DNA of 64,000 bases from Candidatus Campbellbacteria bacterium (GTDB lineage Bacteria; Patescibacteriota; Minisyncoccia; Phycocordibacterales; GCA-2747955), in NCBI GenBank assembly GCA_002747955.1, contig PDQZ01000010.1, positions 18,931-82,930 on the forward strand. Reading direction: 5' to 3'. Below, in pieces: positions 1 to 7,433 of the stretch. The position numbers and the translations under genes were made by a program. The first letter of the stretch is position 1. Every line of letters begins with the position of its first letter. The notes beneath the pieces were generated by a model that did no database searches, was not told the DNA's origin, and saw only the letters and a list, made by a program, of their open reading frames with translations.

Positions 1-174
1 ATTAAACCAATTCTGGTTGTTGCTTGCAGAGGCAGAATATTAAATGATAATGGTTATCCAGAAGAGGTGATTATTAAGTTCAGTATTGAAATTAGAGTTG
101 TAGTCAAAAAAGAAGAGAATGGTGATAAAACTTATCATCTTTCTTCTGTTAAAGAAAAACAACTTTTTATTTAA
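1..174 (+). CDS. 3' end of an unidentified protein gene (partial; start lies upstream of the window)
   Basis: Open frame 1 from the window edge to TAA at 172..174 (...SVKEKQLFI*), followed by a terminator hairpin. No recognisable motif. Confidence 0.35.
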   Translation: MKPILVVACRGRILNDNGYPEEVIIKFSIEIRVVVKKEENGDKTYHLSSVKEKQLFI

Positions 175-198
175 AAAAATAAATTAAAATAAGGAGAC

Positions 199-226
199 AA
201 AGCGCAGCCGTAGGCTGCGCTTTTTA
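199..226. terminator. Bidirectional rho-independent terminator between convergent genes
   Basis: GC hairpin aagcgcagcc-gta-ggctgcgctt followed by a T run. It sits between the + ORF ending at 174 and rbfA ending at 267 on the - strand. Confidence 0.6.
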
Positions 227-266
227 ACTTTTTGTTTGTAGTTTTTCTTTTCAAATTCAAACCAAA

Positions 267-617
267 CTATTTTTTACTCCTTGATTTAATCGAAATTTCT
301 TCAATCTTTTGGTGGTTTTTTTCTCCTTGGTCAATTTCAAAATCAAAAAAGGGAATTCTTTTCATCTTTGTATTTTTTTTAACAGCATGTTTTATTTCAG
401 ATCTTTTTCTTTTTAGAAAATTTAAAGCAGATTCTTCAGCAGACTCTGGAAAAACAGTAACAAACAAAACAGCTTGTGATAAGTTTGGAGCAACATCAAC
501 ATGAGTTACTGTGATTAAACTTGTTTTGTTTGTTTCTGTGTTTATAAAGTCAGATGCGATTTGTCTGATAAGTTCTGAAACTCTTTTTTGTCTTTGTGAT
601 TTTTCTTTTTTAAACAT
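267..617 (-). CDS. rbfA: Ribosome-binding factor A
   Basis: 116 aa. Typical RbfA features: KH-like core (ITVTHVDVAPNLSQAVLFVTV), basic N-terminus, and a position immediately downstream of infB. Confidence 0.75.
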   Translation of the reverse strand: MFKKEKSQRQKRVSELIRQIASDFINTETNKTSLITVTHVDVAPNLSQAVLFVTVFPESAEESALNFLKRKRSEIKHAVKKNTKMKRIPFFDFEIDQGEKNHQKIEEISIKSRSKK

Positions 618-628
618 AAATTTTAAAA

Positions 629-2149
629 TTATTTTTCAACAATTTCAACAGCTTTTAAAATATCCCCTTCTGTAATTTCAAATTTTGTTGCAATGTTCAT
701 TCCAAATTGTTGAGGTTTTTCAACTGTTGAAGTTTTATTTTTTCCTGCTTGAAGTTCTTTAATACTTCCATCTCCCAAATATTCACCTCGTCTATAAATT
801 TTAATTCTTGAACTCTTGTTTATTTTTCCATCAAGCACTTCACCACCTACAACACCTGATTTTGTCATCCAAGAAAACACTTTTAAAATTTTAGCTTCCC
901 CCACAGTTTCTTCTATTTTTTCTTTCGGAGTAAGTTTTACAATATGTTCTTTTAAATAATCTAAAAGTTCATAAATAATATTGAAAGTTTTAATTCCAAT
1001 TCCCAAGTTTTCAGCCATTTGTTGAGCGTCTGATTTTATTTTGACATTAAAACCAATAATTGTTGAGTTTGGGAGTCCGCCAAGGGCCTTAACAGCATTT
1101 TGGTTTATTTCTCCTGTTGCTTCGTCAACGATTTTAAATTCTGATCGATCGCTTTGGATTTTTTTCATCTCATGTTTTAAAGCATCAAGTGATCCTGAAA
1201 CATCAGCACGCAAAACAATAGGGAAGACATTTTTTTTGTTTTTCTGGAAAGTATTTTTTTTGTTTTGATTTTCTAAAACTTCTTTTTCAGACATCAGTTT
1301 TTTCAAGTCTTCAATGTATTTTAAAGCTTCTTTTTTGTTGGCAAAAACAGAAAATGAATCTCCAGCGTTGGGCAAAGAGTCAAAACCAATAATAGTCACA
1401 GGACTTGATGCAAATGCTTCTTGAATTTTTTGGCCATTAAAGTCTTCCATAATTCTCACAGGAGCTGATGCAAAACCTGAAACAATGTATTCTCCTGATT
1501 TAACATGACCGTTTTTAATAATCATTGAAGCTGAAATCCCTTTTTTAGAATCTGTTTTTGATTCTAAAACAAATCCAGAACCAGCTTCTGCATTGTTTGT
1601 CTTTAAATCTTCAAGTTCAACAGCCAAAAGCAAAGTGTCTAAAAGGTCTGAAACACCTGTTCCTTTTAAAGCTGAAATTTCGCTGTAAGTTATATCTCCA
1701 CCCATACCTTCAAGATAAACTTCATTTTCAATCAATGAGTTTTTTGTTTTTTGAATGTCAGCATTTGGTTTGTCGATTTTGTTAATCGCAACAATAAAAG
1801 GAATTTTTGAGTCACGAATGAATTTTAAAGCACCTTTTGTTTGTTCTGAAACTCCGTCATCGGCTGCCACAACCAAAATTGCAATATCTGCAATGTTTGC
1901 ACCACGCGCTCGAGCTTGAGCAAAGGCTTCGTGCCCAGGGGTGTCGATAAAAGTAATTTTTTGTCCGTTGTGTTCTGCCTCATATGCTGCAACATGTTGA
2001 GTAATTCCTCCAAATTCAGAATCAACTGTATTTTGATTTCGAATATAATCCAAAAGAGTAGATTTTCCGTGGTCAATGTGTCCCATCACAGCTACAACGG
2101 GAGACCTTTTTATAGTTTCGTCTTTAATATTGTTTTTCTTCTTTGCCAT
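629..2149 (-). CDS. infB: Translation initiation factor IF-2 (short form without the long N-terminal domains)
   Basis: G-domain motifs VAVMGHIDHGKSTLLD, DTPGHEAF and NKID, with C-terminal beta-barrel domains. The ORF track extends to 2248, but the first 33 codons look non-native. The start was reassigned to the internal ATG at 2149 (MAKKKNNIKDE...), about 506 aa. Confidence 0.85.
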   Translation of the reverse strand: MAKKKNNIKDETIKRSPVVAVMGHIDHGKSTLLDYIRNQNTVDSEFGGITQHVAAYEAEHNGQKITFIDTPGHEAFAQARARGANIADIAILVVAADDGVSEQTKGALKFIRDSKIPFIVAINKIDKPNADIQKTKNSLIENEVYLEGMGGDITYSEISALKGTGVSDLLDTLLLAVELEDLKTNNAEAGSGFVLESKTDSKKGISASMIIKNGHVKSGEYIVSGFASAPVRIMEDFNGQKIQEAFASSPVTIIGFDSLPNAGDSFSVFANKKEALKYIEDLKKLMSEKEVLENQNKKNTFQKNKKNVFPIVLRADVSGSLDALKHEMKKIQSDRSEFKIVDEATGEINQNAVKALGGLPNSTIIGFNVKIKSDAQQMAENLGIGIKTFNIIYELLDYLKEHIVKLTPKEKIEETVGEAKILKVFSWMTKSGVVGGEVLDGKINKSSRIKIYRRGEYLGDGSIKELQAGKNKTSTVEKPQQFGMNIATKFEITEGDILKAVEIVEK

Positions 2150-2210
2150 AATTTCTATATTATACCATAGTTTTGGAGTAATCTGAAATATTTTGAGACA
2201 CTGGAGTGTG

Positions 2211-2313
2211 CCAGAAGACGCCCCAAATTTTTTGAATTGCAAAAGCAAAAGTCAAGAGGCCTTGCCTCTCAACTTTTGCTTTTGCAATTCAAAAAATTTG
2301 GGGCGTCTTCTGG
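2211..2313. repeat. 101-bp near-perfect palindrome (41-bp perfect arms, about 19-nt imperfectly palindromic centre) in the infB / 2412 divergent promoter region
   Basis: Left arm 2212..2252 (cagaagacgccccaaattttttgaattgcaaaagcaaaagt) is the exact reverse complement of right arm 2272..2312. The centre caagaggccttgcctctcaa contains a gaggc/gcctc mini-hairpin. Confidence 0.8.
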
Positions 2314-2411
2314 TTCGTCACATCCCAATCTTTCAAGAACTTGCAATGTTTTAAAAAAGTTGTATAATATGCAATGTCGTTCTTATTTTAAAATTTCGTT
2401 GGAGAAATAAA

Positions 2412-2858
2412 ATGAAAAAATTTATTTTAGTTGTCGTTTGTTTTTTCTTTTCATTTGCACACTCTTTTGCAGGTGAGATTAAAGAACCTATTTTTAAAAA
2501 ATTGAACTGGATCCAGCTTGAATTATGCCAACAGAAACTTGGTGGTAAAACTGATGTTGAATTAAATCAGTATCTTTACAAAAAAGCTGGTTTTAATTCC
2601 ATTTCAGACCTCCAATATTCTGATTTGGAGCAAGAGTTTGCTTTTTTAGAAAAAAAAATAAAGGGTATTTACTCAAATCCAGAACTTGTGTGCTTTTCAT
2701 ACGCAAAAGCAGCAAATCTATTTAGAACCTCTATAAAAGAGGTGAATTGGGAGGATGCCGAATCTTTTTTTGGCGATATTAAAATACAATTTTATTTGGA
2801 TTGGGAAAAATATGATAAAATATTTTATTATTTTGCAGAGGGATATGATCCAATCTAA
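2412..2858 (+). CDS. Secreted hypothetical protein (N-terminal signal peptide)
   Basis: 148 aa. Hydrophobic leader MKKFILVVVCFFFSFAHSFAG. A TTGCAA-N-TATAAT promoter lies upstream and a terminator hairpin at 2868..2900. Confidence 0.5.
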   Translation: MKKFILVVVCFFFSFAHSFAGEIKEPIFKKLNWIQLELCQQKLGGKTDVELNQYLYKKAGFNSISDLQYSDLEQEFAFLEKKIKGIYSNPELVCFSYAKAANLFRTSIKEVNWEDAESFFGDIKIQFYLDWEKYDKIFYYFAEGYDPI

Positions 2859-2927
2859 AAACAAAAAATTCGTGCCCGCTGTGGAAGCGGGCTTTTTTTA
2901 TATTCAAAATCTGTTAAAATATATTAT

Positions 2928-4049
2928 ATGATTCAAAAAATTATTATTGCTATTTTAGCTTTATTTGTATTAAGTACGAGTGTTTTTAGTCAAAGTTTGA
3001 ATTTAAAAAATTTTAATGATAAAAACAGCGGTTTGATTTCAGAGCTTTCTTTGGATATGTTTCCAAAACATCCATCATCACACCAAGAGGTTCTTTTTAA
3101 ACTAAAATCATTTTATTTTAATTTAAACTTTTCTGAAACAGTTGTTTATTTTAATGGTAAAGAGTATAAAAAAGGTGTTGGTTTAAAAGAATTTAAGATT
3201 AAAACCGGTAAGCCTGGAGAGAGAAATTTAATCCAAGTTGTAGTTAGAGACCCTAAGGGTAAAATTCATACCAAAAAAGTAGAATTTACACCCGAAAACG
3301 TTGGTCTTGTTTATGAAGTAGTAGATCCTAATGTGCCTTTTGGTTACAAAGGTAAGTCTACTGTTATTTCAAACTCTAAAGTAAATATTTTTGCTTTTCC
3401 TGATTTTGTTTCTAAAAGTGGAAAAAGAATAGATAAAAAATCCTTAATTTATACTTGGTACAAAAATGGAGAAGTTGATAACAAAGCATCTGGTTTTGGG
3501 AAATATAAATATGAAGTGGAAAGAATGCCAGCAAGACCGAGTGATTTGTATATTGATGTGCTTGTAACAGATGTTACAAAAAAGAAAGTTGCAAAAAATA
3601 AAATTTATTTTAGTCCTGAATTTACAGATGTTCAGTTTTATTCTTTAAATCAATCTTTACCATTTACTTTTAAAAATGTTGTGAAAAACGGTGTTTTAAA
3701 AACTTCTGATAAAAACACAACGGTACTTGTTGTGCCGTATTTTATGGATATGAGTGAAGATGAAAATTTAGACTATACTTGGAAGATTAATAATAAAAGG
3801 TACCTTCACAACCCTGGAGACAAAAGAGACAGGTTGGTTTTTCTGAATGATACAAACAAAAAAGAGACTATTTTAAATATTTTTTTCCAATTAAAAAATG
3901 ATTACAGAATTTTACAAACAGCTCACAAAAATTTAAAATTAATTTTAAAATCGGAAAATCAAGATGAAGTTTTAAATCAACAGTATTATAATGAAGAGAG
4001 AAGTAAAAAAAATAAAAATTCAGGACTCGGCGGCTTTTTCGGATTATAA
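2928..4049 (+). CDS. Secreted hypothetical protein
   Basis: 373 aa with signal peptide MIQKIIIAILALFVLSTSVFS. No recognisable catalytic motif. Ends in a Gly-rich tail. Confidence 0.5.
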   Translation: MIQKIIIAILALFVLSTSVFSQSLNLKNFNDKNSGLISELSLDMFPKHPSSHQEVLFKLKSFYFNLNFSETVVYFNGKEYKKGVGLKEFKIKTGKPGERNLIQVVVRDPKGKIHTKKVEFTPENVGLVYEVVDPNVPFGYKGKSTVISNSKVNIFAFPDFVSKSGKRIDKKSLIYTWYKNGEVDNKASGFGKYKYEVERMPARPSDLYIDVLVTDVTKKKVAKNKIYFSPEFTDVQFYSLNQSLPFTFKNVVKNGVLKTSDKNTTVLVVPYFMDMSEDENLDYTWKINNKRYLHNPGDKRDRLVFLNDTNKKETILNIFFQLKNDYRILQTAHKNLKLILKSENQDEVLNQQYYNEERSKKNKNSGLGGFFGL

Positions 4050-4063
4050 TTTAAACAATAAAT

Positions 4064-5344
4064 ATGCCTTTAGCAGAACTAATATTTTATTATCTAATAA
4101 TTTTCTTTCCTTTTGTTCTTTTAATTTACTTAATTAAAATTACTAAAGATGAATATTTTAAAATCACAGCCCGAGAAAATGATATATCAATTGAAAGGGT
4201 GATGTATGAAATTAAAATACCAAAAGAAGTAACCAAAACTCCTTTGGCAATGGAGATGGTTTTTTCTGCTTTATACAATGGTGGTGGGGAGAGTCGTCCG
4301 ACTGATGTTTTGTTTAAAGGAAAAAGAAGGCATTATTATTCTTTAGAAATTGTTTCAGACGGAGGTGAAATAAAGTTTTATATTTGGACTCCAAAAGCAC
4401 TTGTGAAAGTTGTAGAATCAGCTTTTTATGCTCAATATCCAGGAGTGCAACTTATTGAGGTTCAGGATTATACAAAATTTTCAGCTTTTGATGAAAAAAA
4501 AGATAACTTGTTTGGCATAGAATACAAACTTTCAAAAGAAGACCCGTATCCGATCAAAACTTATAGAAAATTTGGTTTAGAAAGCGTTGGGTTGAAACCA
4601 GAAGAAGTGACAGATCCCATGTCACATATTATTGAAGTTTTATCAAATATTGGTCCTGGTGAAAAAGTTTGGTTGCAAATGGTGATTCGAGCTCACAAAA
4701 AAGATAGGAGTAAAAACTATGGACTTTTTGATATTTTTAAAAACAAAAAGTTTTCTGAGAAATCAGATTGGAAAGATGAAGCCAAAGAAGTGATTGAAAA
4801 AATAAGAAATGTAGAAGACGCAAAAAGCACCGAAGAAGTAAAATTCAAAAGGATTGATGCTTCAAAAGAAAGTGATTTGATTAACGATATTATTGAAAAC
4901 ACTTCAAAACCAGGTTTCTGGGCTGGAATTCGACTTGTTTATTTTGCAGACAAAGAGAAGTTCAATATGGCAAACGCACCAGCTTTGGCAACAATTTTTT
5001 CAACTCTTGCTTCAAATGAATTAAACTCAATTATTCCTGCTCGAACATCAGGAGATGACACAAAATATTTACGAAAATTAAAATATAAAAAAGAAAACTT
5101 TTTTAAAGAATATAAGAGGCGAAAATTCTTTCATTATGGTAAAATAGACCCTCATTATTACACACCTTTGATGAATTTAAGTTATACAGAGGAAAATGCA
5201 GATGGTTATACTTATGCTGACTTTGTTTTAAGTACAGAAGAGCTTGCAACAATTTTTCATTTACCAACAACAACTATTGTTTCTCCAAATTTTCAAAGAG
5301 AGGAGTCGGCTAAAGGATCAGCGCCAGCAAACTTACCAATTTAA
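4064..5344 (+). CDS. Membrane-anchored hypothetical protein
   Basis: 426 aa with one N-terminal TM helix (LIFYYLIIFFPFVLLIYLI). Tightly spaced with the neighbouring genes (operon-like). Confidence 0.5.
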   Translation: MPLAELIFYYLIIFFPFVLLIYLIKITKDEYFKITARENDISIERVMYEIKIPKEVTKTPLAMEMVFSALYNGGGESRPTDVLFKGKRRHYYSLEIVSDGGEIKFYIWTPKALVKVVESAFYAQYPGVQLIEVQDYTKFSAFDEKKDNLFGIEYKLSKEDPYPIKTYRKFGLESVGLKPEEVTDPMSHIIEVLSNIGPGEKVWLQMVIRAHKKDRSKNYGLFDIFKNKKFSEKSDWKDEAKEVIEKIRNVEDAKSTEEVKFKRIDASKESDLINDIIENTSKPGFWAGIRLVYFADKEKFNMANAPALATIFSTLASNELNSIIPARTSGDDTKYLRKLKYKKENFFKEYKRRKFFHYGKIDPHYYTPLMNLSYTEENADGYTYADFVLSTEELATIFHLPTTTIVSPNFQREESAKGSAPANLPI

Positions 5345-5358
5345 TAAAATAAAATATT

Positions 5359-6447
5359 ATGTCAGATGTAAATTATTTATACAAAACTCAAAAAGGCAAA
5401 TGGTGGAAAAAACTACTTTTTCTAGTGGCTTTGCTTTTTGTTATATTTCCAATTGTGGTATTTTTCTCTTATGCTTTTGTTTCAGGGGTGCCAAGAGATT
5501 TTCCTTTGAATCGGGATTTTGAAATTAAAAAGGGAATGAGTATTAAAGAAATTGGTGAATTTTTAGAAAAGGAGCATTATATTAAATCAGCTTTTGTTTT
5601 TAGAGCTTATGGTAAATACATAACAGATTTTAAAAAAGAAGATGGAAGTATTGATTCTGGTTGGTATAATTTTAAACAACCTTTAGATGTATTTGATGTT
5701 TACAGGAGATTGAAAGATGGAGAATCAGGGGTGGATAAGGTTAAAATAACTTTTATTGAAGGAGAAACTAATCATCAATACGCTAAAAAAATTGCTCGTA
5801 AATTTAAAAATATTACAGAAAAATCATTTTTAGAAAAAGCAAAAGAACATGAAGGGTACTTATACCCTGATACTTATAACAACGACTTTACAGCTTATTC
5901 AACAGAAGAAGATATTATTAAAGTTTTAAGGAAAAATTTTGATCAGAAAAATAAAGATATTTTAAAGAAAATTAAAAATTCTGACAAATCTTTGGAGAAA
6001 ATTATTATTATGGCGTCGTTGATTGAAAAAGAGGCAGGCTCAGCTCCGCTTTCTGTTAAAAAAATGGTTTCAGGAATTTTGTGGAATAGAATTAGAAGAG
6101 GAATGCCTTTGCAAGTAGATGCAGTGTTTTCTTACATCAACAAAAGACATATTAAAAAAACATTGTATTCACATTTAAAAGTTGATTCTCCCTACAATAC
6201 TTACAAATACAAAGGATTTCCTCCAACAGCCATTTGTAACCCAACAACAAGCTCAATTGTGGCAGCCTTTTCCCCAACAAAAACCTCTTATTTGTATTAT
6301 ATTACAGGAAAAGATGGGAAATTTTACTATGCTAAAACAGGAACAGGTCATCAGCAAAATGTTTTAAAATATAGAATAAATTACAAAGCGCCAGAAATAG
6401 ATTTGGAAAATGGAATTTTGGAAGATAATTCTAATGTTTCAGAATAA
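5359..6447 (+). CDS. mltG: Endolytic murein transglycosylase MltG (YceG family)
   Basis: N-terminal TM helix. The C-terminal YceG signature reads LQVDAVFSY...VDSPYNTYKYKGFPPTAICNPTTSSIVAA...YLYYI..DG...YAKT..GHQQNV. Confidence 0.7.
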   Translation: MSDVNYLYKTQKGKWWKKLLFLVALLFVIFPIVVFFSYAFVSGVPRDFPLNRDFEIKKGMSIKEIGEFLEKEHYIKSAFVFRAYGKYITDFKKEDGSIDSGWYNFKQPLDVFDVYRRLKDGESGVDKVKITFIEGETNHQYAKKIARKFKNITEKSFLEKAKEHEGYLYPDTYNNDFTAYSTEEDIIKVLRKNFDQKNKDILKKIKNSDKSLEKIIIMASLIEKEAGSAPLSVKKMVSGILWNRIRRGMPLQVDAVFSYINKRHIKKTLYSHLKVDSPYNTYKYKGFPPTAICNPTTSSIVAAFSPTKTSYLYYITGKDGKFYYAKTGTGHQQNVLKYRINYKAPEIDLENGILEDNSNVSE

Positions 6448-6558
6448 ATAAAAAACACATTTATTAAAATGTGTTTTTTATATTTTTAATAAATTGATTT
6501 ACTGTGTAAAAAAGACTTTTATTTTTTATTTTTTATGTTAAAATATTCCGTACATTAA

Positions 6559-6631
6559 CCGCTTGTAGCTCAGTCGGTAGAGCAGCAGCCTTTTAAGCTG
6601 ACGGTCGAAGGTTCGAGCCCTTCCAAGCGGA
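6559..6631 (+). tRNA. tRNA-Lys (anticodon TTT)
   Basis: Cloverleaf: U8A9, D-arm GCTCAGTCGGTAGAGC, anticodon loop CTTTTAA (U33, anticodon UUU), T-arm GGTTCGAGCC. Acceptor pair C1:G72 and discriminator A. No encoded CCA. Confidence 0.8.
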
Positions 6632-6639
6632 CTAGAAAA

Positions 6640-6900
6640 AAACTAAAACCAAAGCGACAGCTTTGGTTTTACTTTTTTTTCTTCCGCTTGGAAGGGCTCG
6701 AAAAAAGCCCAGCCATGTTTTCGTTCTGTGTTTTTGTGTTTGAACGAAAACGGCGGGCGTCGGGCCTGCGAGTTCTTAATGAACGACGAACGCAGTGAGG
6801 AAGTGAATTTAGAACTGGAAGGCGAGCCCTAACCTTAAATAATTTAAGCTCGACCAAGCACTTTCAAACACAACCAAAAAGTGTTCAATTTAGATTGTGT
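6640..6900. other. GC-rich structured non-coding island downstream of tRNA-Lys (candidate small RNA / terminator complex)
   Basis: Terminator-like hairpin accaaagc-gaca-gctttggt at 6648..6672. An inverted copy of the tRNA 3' end (tccgcttggaagggctcg) sits at about 6672..6690. A 9-bp helix ttttcgttc/gaacgaaaa and a long-range gggctcg/cgagccc pairing enclose about 150 nt. Local GC is much higher than the flanks. No match to a known RNA family could be established by eye. Confidence 0.25.
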
Positions 6901-6968
6901 TGAATAAAATATAACCTTATATTAAACTTAAAAGAGTTATTTTCAATTGGAAAAAAGAAGAGGTTAAA

Positions 6969-7283
6969 ATGTTTAAAAAAGGTTTGGAAACAGAAATGAA
7001 GATTATGTTGTTTTTAGAAAAACAAGATAAAGAGTGGTTAAAAGCAAGGGAAATATATGAGCCTTTGCCTATCGATGAACAACATTGTCGCCATATCCTT
7101 ATTATGATGTTTGATAAAGGCATTGTAGATATAAAAATAGATCATTTTTCAGAAACTGAAAAGTCTTTATATTCTTTAACAGATTTCGGAGTCAGGCATA
7201 AAAATTCTGAATTTATGACAAAAATTCGAAAGAAAGTTCAAAGGGATAATTCAAAGGACAGTGAAGTGACTATACCATTTTAA
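6969..7283 (+). CDS. Small hypothetical protein, possibly a winged-helix regulator (directly upstream of the clpB-like gene)
   Basis: 104 aa. Helix-rich N-terminal half. A terminator hairpin aaacgcgctgacgaagtcagcgcgcttttt follows. Confidence 0.4.
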   Translation: MFKKGLETEMKIMLFLEKQDKEWLKAREIYEPLPIDEQHCRHILIMMFDKGIVDIKIDHFSETEKSLYSLTDFGVRHKNSEFMTKIRKKVQRDNSKDSEVTIPF

Positions 7284-7433
7284 TTTTTATCTAAACGCGC
7301 TGACGAAGTCAGCGCGCTTTTTAAATTAAATTAAAATTATTCTATTCTTTAAAATTTCCAAAAAGGGTTGAAAAATGTTATAATCAAAAAATACGGATAT
7401 TAAATATATTACTTATCAATTAAAGAAAATAAA

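Noticed and set aside
1041-2170. Several 60-90-aa ORFs antisense to infB (1041..1268, 1558..1785, 1825..2076, 1916..2170)
   Set aside because: They are fully embedded in the well-supported infB coding region on the opposite strand and are low-complexity, so they are spurious. The same reasoning was applied to antisense ORFs inside clpB, dnaG, valS, gyrA, typA, the large methyltransferase and others.
6672-6690. Inverted tRNA-Lys 3'-end copy as an integrase att site
   Set aside because: No integrase, recombinase or phage genes are nearby, and the copy is inverted rather than direct. It more likely contributes to a hairpin or terminator structure.
6669-6857. 62-aa Arg-rich ORF on the minus strand after tRNA-Lys
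   Set aside because: It lies entirely within a GC-rich, hairpin-dense non-coding segment. Its composition (R/K-rich, no hydrophobic core) is what random GC-rich sequence gives in an AT-rich genome. It is treated as part of a structured non-coding region.
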